Origin: a virus
Virus record (IMG/VR): IMGVR_UViG_3300050821_006672
Location: 32,001 to 96,000 of that record
Direction: 5' to 3' (one strand)
DNA: 64,000 nucleotides
Positions 28,005 through 36,179 of the stretch are shown piece by piece (the first letter of the stretch is position 1; the number at the start of each line of letters is the position of its first letter). Made by a program: the position numbers and the translations under genes. Below the pieces are notes generated by a model. It was not told the origin of the DNA. It was given only the letters and a program-made list of their open reading frames with translations, and searched no databases.

Positions 28005-31000
28005 TGCAACCTGCTTTAAGTACCCTCCCCAACTCTGGTCTTCCACTTGCTAGGAAGCCTGTGGAAGACCAGCTTGTTCGCGCGGCGGGACTTATGGTCG
28101 TAACGCCGAACGGCGAGGCGCTATTTCTGCGATATGCGCCCGACCACGATCACAGCGGCGAGTGGGCTTGGCCGGCAGGAGGGCTAGAAGGCGATGAGGA
28201 AGCACGTGACGCAGCGGTCCGGGAAACCCGTGAAGAAACCGGGTGGATACCAAATGAAGAAATCAAGGAAGTCGATAGCTCTCAAGACGAGATCGATTTT
28301 ACGACGTTTGCGACAACTACAGGCAACCAGTTCATCCCTGAATTGAGCAGCGAACACGATAGCTGGTGCTGGGCGCCTCTTACTAACCCTCCTGAGCCTT
28401 TGCACCCCGGCGTAAAGCAGCTGTTGGCTAACGATCAGGCGCCTATTGCTCATCCCGCCGCTGCAAACATTGCCTCGCGCTCCGAACTTAATTCTATTGG
28501 ACCACCTTCTAAGCAGCCCAAAGAGACGCGCGCCATCAACGTCGCTTACGCGCATGGCGGGACTACTGGGCCCGAAGCTAAGCAGTCGTCTCAGGCAAAT
28601 CGCTACATAGACTCCGGTGGCTTGACGGAACACGACCGCGAGCGAACAGGAAAGAGCAAAGCCGTGTTGGGGAAAGATGCAGTGAAGAAGGAAGCGAGCA
28701 AGGGCCGTTTCTTTGATAGTGCGAGCGATGCTGGCGTTATTAACTACAAAGGCTATGAGATTCGTGCCGTACCTGGTGGCGATTTTCGTGTCTACAAAAA
28801 CGGACGCGAAAAAAAGAATATGTACAGCCTTTCATTAGCTGATGCTAAGCAAGGCATTGATTTTGTTGCTGGCGTCGAGAACGTAGAGCGAGAAGAGGGG
28901 CCGCTTCAACGAAACAAACTTAGCAGAGACGCCGAATACGTCGAAAAGCCTCATATTGGCCGCCTTCCGCCTCGCGAAGCTGAGCGATTGTCGCGGGATG
29001 CGGCTGAGGATGCCTCACAGCAAGTCGAGGCTTACAAGAAAGCTTTGCATGAGGGGAAAATTACTCGAAAGGAATTCGACGGTTTTATGGAAGCTCTCGG
29101 CGAGAAAAATCTGAGTGAGCAGCACAAGGAAGCTTTCAAGAATCGTCCTGCCAAAGACGCTGAGGACTACCGCTCTGAGCGAGGTTTTGTCGCTAAGCTT
29201 ACCGACGAAAAGGGCAGCACAATTGAAACCTCGCCGCTAATGATTTCGCGTAATAGTGCGCAGCGATGGCTCGACGAAAAGGCAGCAAAGTTGAAGCGCC
29301 TCGGCCGCGCGGTGCAAGGTACTATCCGCGAAAGTTTTATGGACCCTGCTTACATTAATGCCGACTCGATTGCCTTCGATGAAGGTTCTGTCCGCACTAC
29401 CGACCCAGACGGCCGCCTTCACGTCTCGACTACCAACATCTCCAAAGCAGTAGTCAATCCTTACAAGGGCAGTGAAATACCGGATTATGAGAAGCTCGGC
29501 TTAGAGCCCGACAAAATTTATCACCTGTATCGCGATCCGGACGAGTTAGCGAAAGCGGCCCCGACGTTCAATAATCTCCCCCTGCTCAAGCAGCATGTCC
29601 CTATTACTGCGGACACCCACAAGCCTGAGCTTGTATTAGGCTCGACGGGGACAGACGCTTCTTTCGAACATCCTTTCCTTAAGAATAGCCTGGTTCTGTG
29701 GAGTAAGGACGGTATTGACGATGTTACGTCCAATAAGAAAAAAGAACTGTCGTCGGCATATCGTTACATAGCAGATATGACGCCTGGTACTTGGGAAGAC
29801 CCAGAGACCGGCGAGCAGAAACCCTTTGATGGAATAATGAGGAATATCGTGGGCAATCACGTCGCCCTCGTAAAGGAGGGTCGTGCGGGTCACGACGTAG
29901 TTGTAGGAGACAGTGCAGCCGGATTGGTGGCCGGACGTAAACGAAAGAGGCGGGTCATGAGCACTATGACAAAAACGGCCGCCAATACGGTACTCGTTCT
30001 GAGTTCGTACATTCGGCCCAAACTGGCCCAGGATCAGAAGGTGAATCTGCTTCCTGTGGTTGAGGGCCTGACGGCCAAAAACTTTGATGAGCGTCGTTCC
30101 GGTATTATCCGCGAGGTCCGGAAATTGACGAAAGGAAAGCTCGCGAACGACGCTTCGATTGGTGAGATCGCAGAAGTACTCGATTTGCTCGAAGCCCACC
30201 CCGATACTGGCGAGGACGCGCCTGTTACGGATGTACAGGAGGCAATGATGTCAGAAATGACGGATGTGCCTGGCGCCTCTAACGTTAGTGGTCAGGGCAG
30301 TCCAGGCGGCGACCGGCGCGCGCGTGATACTCGTCGTGCTCGCGATACTTACGATCGTAAAGCACGGGATCGGAAAGCGCGAGATGCTTTCCCCCCTCCA
30401 CAGGACCGGGAAGATGATCGCGATCAGGAAGGCGAAGATCGTCGCGCGCGCGATGCTGATCCTACTGCCGCAGTCGAGTCCTTCTTGAAGGACAAGGTTA
30501 GCGGCTCCGATCTCCAGCACGTCTGCAATCTCATGCGCGGGGGCGCTACTCAAGACGATACGCTTTCGGATGGGGGTGACACTGAGCCCCATGCCGAGGG
30601 CGAAGAGGTTCTCGAGGAGCTAGGCGCTTCGCATGGTGCAGAGGACAATCCCGATGATGTACCGGATCGCAGCGATATTGATCGCTCTCGCGAATGGCAC
30701 GTCGGCGAGGGCGAGGAACCTGGTGCTGGTCATTCCGGCAAGACGGTTCAGGACCGCAACGCTTACGACAAACGCGGCGCGAAGGATCGCCGCGCAAAGG
30801 ATCGCAAACGGGCTCACGACGAGCCGCCTCCGTTCAAGGGAATGCCGAAAGTGGGTGAAGGTCCCGATAAGCGAGCCATGGATACCGCAGTAAAGATTGC
30901 GGTCGAACAGGCTACCAACAATCAGCGCGAAATCCGCAAGGCCGAGCGCGATGTGCGTCCGTGGGTTGGTGAGCTCGCGATGGACGAGGCCAAGTGCCCC

Positions 31001-31207
31001 GAAGATGTCTACGCCGCTGCTCTCAAGGCGCGTAACATCAAGATCGATGGAGTTCATCCGTCGGCTTACTCTGTCATCCTCAAAAACCTTCCGCTGCCGG
31101 GTCAGGGCGCAACTCGTAGTTCGTCGCCGCGTGTGGCTATGGATGCCGCAACTCGTGCTTCGTTCAACGATCGCTTCCCGAACGTTGGCCGGATTGGCCT
31201 GTTGTAA
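28004..31207 (+). CDS. DUF2213 head maturation protease/scaffold protein with an N-terminal Nudix hydrolase and inserted modules
   Basis: Nudix box [25 protein letters not shown]2213 core [15 protein letters not shown]...FNNLPLL...KELSSAYRY...[13 protein letters not shown]. Charged scaffold C-terminus. Confidence 0.9.
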   Translation: MQPALSTLPNSGLPLARKPVEDQLVRAAGLMVVTPNGEALFLRYAPDHDHSGEWAWPAGGLEGDEEARDAAVRETREETGWIPNEEIKEVDSSQDEIDFTTFATTTGNQFIPELSSEHDSWCWAPLTNPPEPLHPGVKQLLANDQAPIAHPAAANIASRSELNSIGPPSKQPKETRAINVAYAHGGTTGPEAKQSSQANRYIDSGGLTEHDRERTGKSKAVLGKDAVKKEASKGRFFDSASDAGVINYKGYEIRAVPGGDFRVYKNGREKKNMYSLSLADAKQGIDFVAGVENVEREEGPLQRNKLSRDAEYVEKPHIGRLPPREAERLSRDAAEDASQQVEAYKKALHEGKITRKEFDGFMEALGEKNLSEQHKEAFKNRPAKDAEDYRSERGFVAKLTDEKGSTIETSPLMISRNSAQRWLDEKAAKLKRLGRAVQGTIRESFMDPAYINADSIAFDEGSVRTTDPDGRLHVSTTNISKAVVNPYKGSEIPDYEKLGLEPDKIYHLYRDPDELAKAAPTFNNLPLLKQHVPITADTHKPELVLGSTGTDASFEHPFLKNSLVLWSKDGIDDVTSNKKKELSSAYRYIADMTPGTWEDPETGEQKPFDGIMRNIVGNHVALVKEGRAGHDVVVGDSAAGLVAGRKRKRRVMSTMTKTAANTVLVLSSYIRPKLAQDQKVNLLPVVEGLTAKNFDERRSGIIREVRKLTKGKLANDASIGEIAEVLDLLEAHPDTGEDAPVTDVQEAMMSEMTDVPGASNVSGQGSPGGDRRARDTRRARDTYDRKARDRKARDAFPPPQDREDDRDQEGEDRRARDADPTAAVESFLKDKVSGSDLQHVCNLMRGGATQDDTLSDGGDTEPHAEGEEVLEELGASHGAEDNPDDVPDRSDIDRSREWHVGEGEEPGAGHSGKTVQDRNAYDKRGAKDRRAKDRKRAHDEPPPFKGMPKVGEGPDKRAMDTAVKIAVEQATNNQREIRKAERDVRPWVGELAMDEAKCPEDVYAAALKARNIKIDGVHPSAYSVILKNLPLPGQGATRSSSPRVAMDAATRASFNDRFPNVGRIGLL

Positions 31208-31221
31208 AGGAGGGCCAAACC

Positions 31222-32217
31222 ATGCCTGATTTCCCCAACCAAGTTAACACTGTTCCGGCTCCGGCCGTAGAGGGCGACTTTGCCGACACCAATCCGCGGT
31301 TCACGGCTGCGGCTGGTCCTGGCGGACTGGTCGCGGGTCCTAGTGGCGTTACCATCGGTCGTTTCTGCTGGTTCTTCGGTAGCACTTTCGACCCCGATCA
31401 AACGCCTCAGCAGGTCACGAACACTTTGCAAGGTGTTCAGCCGTTTGGTGGTACCAATGCGACGGCTCAGACTAACGTCGTGGGTCTCGTGGGACGCGCT
31501 CAGCAGGGCCTGATCACTACCTACCTGACGGCCTCGGGAATGCTCATTCCTGCTGGCTTCCCGGTCACGGTGTTCAGCGGTGGCGATTTCTTCGTTAAGA
31601 ATACTGGCACGGGTGCGGCTATCCTTGGAATGAAGGCTTACGCCAACTTCTCCAATGGTGCCGTTACGTTCGCTGCGACGGGTTCTCCCACAACCGGCTC
31701 TTGCACCGGCTCTATCGGCCCGCAGACGGTCTCGTTCACGGGCTCGATCGCCGGTAACGTGCTGACGGTCTCAGCCGTTTCGTCGGGCACGCTCGTCGCA
31801 GGCGCCGTCCTTTCCGGCGGCACAGGTATCGTAACGAACACTACGATCGTCTCGCAGATTTCGGGAACGACGGGAGGTGTTGGAAGCTACGCCGTCAACA
31901 TTCCCGAGCAGACGGTGGCTTCAGCGGGTCTTACAGGCTCCTACGGCCTCCTGACGGTCGCTACGATGACCTCGGGCACCCTTGGGGTAGGCGATACCCT
32001 GACAGGTACGGGTGGTGGCGGTGTCACTGCGGGCACGTACATCTCGCAACTCGGGACGGGTACCGGCGGGGCTGGCACCTACTACGTCTCGCCGACACAG
32101 ACTGTGTCTGTGGGCACGGTAATTACGTTCGCGTTGAACGTTGAAACTAAATGGTACGCCATGAGTGGTGGTCTGGCGAATGAACTTGTAAAAATCAGCT
32201 CGCACCCGTTGGGCTGA
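31222..32217 (+). CDS. capsid cement/stabilising protein with inserted G/T/S-rich double module
   Basis: FPNQVN...[15 protein letters not shown] and [16 protein letters not shown]; lies between DUF2213 and the major capsid gene. Confidence 0.8.
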   Translation: MPDFPNQVNTVPAPAVEGDFADTNPRFTAAAGPGGLVAGPSGVTIGRFCWFFGSTFDPDQTPQQVTNTLQGVQPFGGTNATAQTNVVGLVGRAQQGLITTYLTASGMLIPAGFPVTVFSGGDFFVKNTGTGAAILGMKAYANFSNGAVTFAATGSPTTGSCTGSIGPQTVSFTGSIAGNVLTVSAVSSGTLVAGAVLSGGTGIVTNTTIVSQISGTTGGVGSYAVNIPEQTVASAGLTGSYGLLTVATMTSGTLGVGDTLTGTGGGGVTAGTYISQLGTGTGGAGTYYVSPTQTVSVGTVITFALNVETKWYAMSGGLANELVKISSHPLG

Positions 32218-32234
32218 GGCCAGGAGAAACCACT

Positions 32235-33353
32235 ATGAACTTCCAAGAAGCTCGTGCAGCTTGGCTGGCCGACGCGCCTGAGTTTGCGGCTCGCGGTGTA
32301 AGCCTTCCTAACGTCCTCGCCTATCTGCCGGAAGAGTTCAAGCGGGATGAACATCTCGCCATGGACGCGATGATGCAGATCGGTATGGACGCGCAACCTA
32401 CATTGACGACCGCGGTCAACTCCGCGGTCCCGGCGTTCCTCACTACGATGATCGACCCTGCGGTATTCAAAATCCTGTTTGCGCCAAACAGGGCAGCGAT
32501 CATTATGGGCGAGGTCCGAAAAGGAACGTGGCTGGATGAAACAATCATGTTCCCCACCATCGAGTATACAGGTGAGGTCTCATCCTACGGTGACTTTGCC
32601 GACTCGGGTCGTGCTGGCGTCAACACCAACTGGCCCCAGCGGCAGGCCTACCTGTTCCAGACTATCAAGCAGTACGGTGATCGCGAACTGGAGCGTGCTG
32701 GTCTCGCAAAGATCAACTACGTCTCCGAGATCGATCAGTCCGCTGCTTTGGCACTGAATAAGTTCAGCAACTTCTGCTACTTCTTCGGCGTTGGGAATGG
32801 TTTGCAGAACTACGGTCTGATCAACGATCCCAACCTGACGGCTTCGCTTACGCCTGCAACCAAGGCTGCTGGTGGTACCAAGTGGATTACAACTGGCGGC
32901 GTCATGAATGCGACGGCCAACGAGGTCTACGCGGATATTCAGGCGATGTACTACCAGCTTATCCAGCAGACTGCGGGTCTCGTCGAGGCCGACAGCAAAC
33001 TGGTGTTGGCGATGTCGCCTGGATCGGAGGTCGCGTTGACGATTACCAACAGCTTCAACGTCAACGTGTTTGATCTTCTCAAGAAGAACTTCCCGAACAT
33101 TCGCTTCGAGACGGCGGTTCAGTACGGTGTTACGACTACCGCCAACTCTCAGGGCAATGCGGCGGGCAACATCGTCCAGCTTATCGCTGAGGAGATCGAA
33201 GGCCAGCAAACCGGCTACTGCGCGTTCAACGAGAAGATGCATGCACAACCGATCGTGCGCTTGCTATCGTCCTTCCGGCAGAAGGTGTTGGCTGGTGTTT
33301 GGGGCACAGTGATTCGGCAGCCTCTAGGAATCGTAAACATGCTGGGTGTGTGA
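32235..33353 (+). CDS. major capsid protein (DUF2184 type)
   Basis: DAQPTLTTAVNSAVPAFLTTMIDP, GEVRKGTW, GEVSSYGDF and NYGLINDPNL; strong RBS and codon bias. Confidence 0.93.
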   Translation: MNFQEARAAWLADAPEFAARGVSLPNVLAYLPEEFKRDEHLAMDAMMQIGMDAQPTLTTAVNSAVPAFLTTMIDPAVFKILFAPNRAAIIMGEVRKGTWLDETIMFPTIEYTGEVSSYGDFADSGRAGVNTNWPQRQAYLFQTIKQYGDRELERAGLAKINYVSEIDQSAALALNKFSNFCYFFGVGNGLQNYGLINDPNLTASLTPATKAAGGTKWITTGGVMNATANEVYADIQAMYYQLIQQTAGLVEADSKLVLAMSPGSEVALTITNSFNVNVFDLLKKNFPNIRFETAVQYGVTTTANSQGNAAGNIVQLIAEEIEGQQTGYCAFNEKMHAQPIVRLLSSFRQKVLAGVWGTVIRQPLGIVNMLGV

Positions 33354-33354
33354 A

Positions 33355-33469
33355 TTCTTGCGGCGGCGTTGAAAGCAGAAACGCCCCCATCACCAACTAC
33401 GATGGGAGAAGACGCGCCCGAAAGGGAATATGCAAATCTTTAGTCGGAGTAGCGCCCGGCCCGCAAGAA
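33355..33469 (+). ncRNA. structured RNA resembling the skipping-rope motif
   Basis: Closing stem TTCTTGCGG/CCGCAAGAA, 5' hairpin GGCGTT-GAAAGCAGA-AACGCC, 3' hairpin GTCGG-AGTAGCGC-CCGGC, variable linker with a CCC-GAAA-GGG hairpin. The family name is from memory of the motif, not from a search. Confidence 0.55.
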
Positions 33470-33488
33470 CTTTTAAGAGGAGTAAATC

Positions 33489-34013
33489 ATGGTAGCGCGT
33501 GTAAGTGCGAAGAGGCAAGAACCAATCGAGGACCGGGTCAAGCCAGTCCCGCAGCCTGCGTCAGGTACTGAAACGGTAGTCATTGGCTGCAAACTGCCCA
33601 ACGGCATCATGTTGCGTCAGTTCCGCATGGTGAAGAAGACCCGCAATATCGGCGGCCACTACTTTGATGAGCAAATGGCTGAGGATACGGGCCGACGTTT
33701 TACTGTCCGGGGGCCAGCCGTACCTTTTGGCCAAATTCCCAACATCCAGATTGTCGGGGGTTACGCCTTGACCCCCGGCGTTCCCCAAGACTTGGCTGAA
33801 ATCTGGTTCGATCAGAACAAGGATGCCGATTGCGTCGTCAATCAGCTTATGTTCTGGGAAAGTGACGTGGATCGCGCTGCGGCTCGCGCTCGTGAACTCA
33901 ATGCAGTCAGGTCGGGCCTAGAGCCGGTCGATCCCAATAAGACTATTCCTGGTTTGGGAAAAGTCACTAAGGCCGATTTGAGCGATAAGGATATGGGTCT
34001 TGCGAACAGCTAA
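33489..34013 (+). CDS. post-capsid structural/assembly protein
   Basis: VVIGCKLPNGIML...GGYALTPGVP...SGLEPVDP; GAGGAG RBS; typical position after the major capsid gene. Confidence 0.7.
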   Translation: MVARVSAKRQEPIEDRVKPVPQPASGTETVVIGCKLPNGIMLRQFRMVKKTRNIGGHYFDEQMAEDTGRRFTVRGPAVPFGQIPNIQIVGGYALTPGVPQDLAEIWFDQNKDADCVVNQLMFWESDVDRAAARARELNAVRSGLEPVDPNKTIPGLGKVTKADLSDKDMGLANS

Positions 34014-34028
34014 CCGCACGCGTATGAT
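34000..34028 (+). promoter_or_regulatory. putative sigma70-type promoter
   Basis: TTGCGA-N17-TATGAT; shares GCGTATGATTAG with the promoter at 52850. Confidence 0.6.
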
Positions 34029-34175
34029 TAGGTTGTAGCGGGTTCAAGGTGTAATAGCTTTGTACTAATGTGGTGTCCGGCGATGTCGGAGTTAACACTG
34101 ACAAAAGTCTTGGTGTGCCCAACGGCAGGAATTGCAAACGGTTCGCCCATGCAAAACCTAACCAAGAGCCCGCGA
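34029..34175 (+). ncRNA. structured intergenic RNA (family unknown)
   Basis: GCGGGTTC/GAGCCCGC closing stem, TCCGGC-GAT-GTCGGA hairpin, TCTTGGT/ACCAAGA stem and TGCC-CAAC-GGCA hairpin, directly after a promoter. Confidence 0.45.
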
Positions 34176-34183
34176 GGATTTAG

Positions 34184-34615
34184 ATGGGCGTTCAAGTAGG
34201 CTTCAACCTAACAGCGTGGCGGGCGCGTTATCCGGAGTTCGATGACGTACCCGATCCGCTGATTCAGCAGTACTTTACTGAGGCCACGATCTTTCATCGT
34301 AATGATGGTGGTGGTCCTGTGAGGGATAGCAATCAGCAGTTGGTCTTGTTGAATATGGTGGTTGCTCACATTTGTAAGCTGAATGCGCCTGTGCGTGGCG
34401 AACCTTCTCCTGATATCGTCGGTCGTATCTCCAATGCAAGCGAGGGTAGCGTGAGCGTCGCTACGGAAATGGACTTGCCTCCTGGGTCTGCACAATGGTG
34501 GGGACAAACCAAATATGGGATTGCGTACTGGACTGCATCCGCGCCGTTCCGACAAATGAGATATAGGGTTGGTCGTCAGCGAAACTTCAACCCATGGTAT
34601 CCGGCAGGTTATTGA
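34184..34615 (+). CDS. head-tail adaptor (DUF4054)
   Basis: WRARYPEF, LLNMVVAHI, VGRISNASEGSVSV and WWGQTKYG. Confidence 0.9.
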   Translation: MGVQVGFNLTAWRARYPEFDDVPDPLIQQYFTEATIFHRNDGGGPVRDSNQQLVLLNMVVAHICKLNAPVRGEPSPDIVGRISNASEGSVSVATEMDLPPGSAQWWGQTKYGIAYWTASAPFRQMRYRVGRQRNFNPWYPAGY

Positions 34616-34624
34616 TTTTTCTGT

Positions 34625-34828
34625 GTTGGGGTTAGCTGGGATCGGGCTAGGTATGTTATGTTTGAGGTACGGTATGGTCTTTTTCCTTAGTCAATTTTAC
34701 CTTTGTGTTGAGTTGTGGCTAGCTAAGGTGTGGTATGTTACGTTGAGGTGAGCTGCGGTAGGTTTCGTTTTCGGGTAAGTTGAGTTCTGCTAAGCTCAGG
34801 TTTGGTACATTCTGGTAAGGTAAGTTTT
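34625..34828 (+). repeat. three tandem 5-nt-period G-N-Y/NN arrays (candidate guide RNAs)
   Basis: A 34625-34680: GTTgg GGTta GCTgg GATcg GGCta GGTat GTTat GTTtg(a) GGTac GGTat GGTct. B 34707-34771: GTTga GTTgt GGCta GCTaa GGTgt GGTat GTTac GTTga GGTga GCTgc GGTag GTTtc GTTtt. C 34774-34828: GGTaa GTTga GTTct GCTaa GCTca GGTtt GGTac ATTct GGTaa GGTaa GTTtt. Confidence 0.88.
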
Positions 34829-34847
34829 TGCTTCTCGTATGGTAGAG

Positions 34848-34980
34848 ATATCGCGGCGACTAACGCGATAGAAACGCGGCACCAATACACGAACCTCCTT
34901 CGCGTTCGGTGTCGCTGAAAGGTGACCCCTGTAACTCGCGTTTCCGGGCTTAGTCGGCTGGGCGCGAAGGAGACACAGCT
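34848..34980 (+). promoter_or_regulatory. structured 5' leader with an anti-Shine-Dalgarno element
   Basis: Stems 34857-63/34950-56 and 34871-78/34937-44, plus a GTCGCT-GAAA-GGTGAC hairpin. CTCCTTCGCG (34895-904) is complementary to CGCGAAGGAG (34963-72), which contains the RBS. Confidence 0.65.
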
Positions 34981-35598
34981 ATGGTAGCCAAGGCTAAGGT
35001 AATTCACATCAATGAGCCGACTGATGGGGGCAACGAGGCAATCGGCTATTCGGAACCTTACTCGGTTCGCGTCGCGCTAGAAGGCGCAGCCGATTACCTG
35101 TTTCATCGGTACAACTGCGAATCAGTTGAGGCTAAAAGCAACGCGGCAAAGGGTTCGAAGGCCAAGAAGACTGACGACATTGAGAGTTACGTTTGGCGGA
35201 CGAACGACGGGCAACTTGCCATTCCTGGCGAACATCTTCGCGGAGCGATCATCAAAGCCGCTAAGTTCCGCCAAGACCCGCGCTCTCCGCGTAAGTCGGC
35301 AATGGATTTGTTTAAGGCCGGCATCGTGGTTACGACAGGATTAGCCCCAGTGGGAAAGAAGGATTGGGATTACCTCCACAAGGGGCGGGTAGTTGTGCAC
35401 GGAAGCGCTATCCCCCGCGTCCGTCCTGCGCTTCGGCAGGGTTGGAAGGTAGCTTTTGATGTCTCAGTAATCTTGCCGGAGTACATTGATAAAAACTCTC
35501 TGCGAGAGACTATCGAGGCTGCGGGTCGTCTTTGTGGCCTTGGCGACTATCGACCAACCTTCGGCCGATTTGGGATTATTTCTTACCAATCAGCTTAG
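34981..35598 (+). CDS. stand-alone Cas7/RAMP-superfamily RNA-binding protein (Vipr-like)
   Basis: First beta strand VRVALEGAADYLFH, then LAIPGEHLRGAIIKAA (equivalent to the RAMP IPGSSLKGALR motif) and C-terminal glycine-rich loop GRLCGLGDYRPTFGRF. AAGGAG RBS. No other cas gene in the window. Confidence 0.8.
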   Translation: MVAKAKVIHINEPTDGGNEAIGYSEPYSVRVALEGAADYLFHRYNCESVEAKSNAAKGSKAKKTDDIESYVWRTNDGQLAIPGEHLRGAIIKAAKFRQDPRSPRKSAMDLFKAGIVVTTGLAPVGKKDWDYLHKGRVVVHGSAIPRVRPALRQGWKVAFDVSVILPEYIDKNSLRETIEAAGRLCGLGDYRPTFGRFGIISYQSA

Positions 35599-35662
35599 GT
35601 CTGGTGTGGTTAGTTGGGGTCAGGTGGTGTTTGGTAAGATTTGATCGGGTAAGGTAAGGTCT
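35598..35662 (+). repeat. fourth 5-nt-period G-N-Y/NN array, starting at the stop codon of the RAMP-like gene
   Basis: GGTct GGTgt GGTta GTTgg GGTca GGTgg TGTtt GGTaa GATtt GATcg GGTaa GGTaa GGTct, then TTG. Confidence 0.88.
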
Positions 35663-35730
35663 TTGCGTATGTCTAAGTTAGTCTAGGTTCTGTTCCCCCA
35701 GTCCTCCCCCCGCAGCAGGGCCTAGATGTA

Positions 35731-35793
35731 CCCGCGTCGCTCCCTTCCCCCTCCCCCCGAGCCTGGGAGCGACGCGGGGAACTCTTTCGAGAG
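35731..35793 (+). other. 14-bp perfect hairpin with a C-rich loop, plus a TTCG-loop hairpin
   Basis: CCCGCGTCGCTCCC (35731-44) pairs with GGGAGCGACGCGGG (35765-78). CTCT-TTCG-AGAG at 35782-93. Confidence 0.7.
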
Positions 35794-35802
35794 GACCAGC
35801 CC

Positions 35803-36033
35803 ATGATTACAGGGTTATTCACCGATGGGCAGTCCGTTGAACTTTCGCTTCCTTGTGACGCGACACTTGCAGTGCGTTATCTAGGGAATGAGGACGACGT
35901 TCTTGTGCCGAACGGCTCTTGCGGTGTTGTGGTATCAGTGCTTGAGTATAATCTAAATACGTTGGCTACTGTCAAATTCGATGGACTCAAGCGTGATCTT
36001 GTAATCCCCACCAAGTATTTGAAGGCATGTTGA
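35803..36033 (+). CDS. small hypothetical protein (SH3-like beta pattern)
   Basis: GAGGA RBS; VPNGSCGVVVSV...ATVKFDG. Confidence 0.5.
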   Translation: MITGLFTDGQSVELSLPCDATLAVRYLGNEDDVLVPNGSCGVVVSVLEYNLNTLATVKFDGLKRDLVIPTKYLKAC

Positions 36034-36179
36034 TATGAGCGAGTGCCTTTTCAAGCTTTCAGAGGCTCACGGAGCATGGTGCTACAGTTGGCGGCCTGTT
36101 CCTATGGTCGAAGGTGCTCCACGCCTCAAGAAAGTTCCATTTGGCTACGTTTTGATGCGTTACGAAGGGAAGCGTTTAC

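Noticed and set aside
34038-34175. tRNA gene (GGTGTAATAGC resembles a D-arm)
   Set aside because: No cloverleaf or T-loop GTTCRA at the correct spacing. I recognised no tRNA anywhere in the window, though this was by eye only.
34569-35007. ORFs 34569-34751 (+) and 34738-35007 (-)
   Set aside because: They overlap the pentamer arrays and leader, have no RBS, and their low-complexity translations are by-products of the periodic DNA.
34625-35662. Simple microsatellite, telomere-like repeat or G-quadruplex explanation for the GT-rich tracts
   Set aside because: Variation is concentrated at positions 4-5 of each unit, the phase holds over 11-13 units, and regular GGG runs are absent.
34616-35700. 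Canonical CRISPR array or complete CRISPR-Cas locus around the Cas7-like gene
   Set aside because: There are no 25-40 nt direct repeats with spacers and no other cas genes; the repeat unit is 5 nt.
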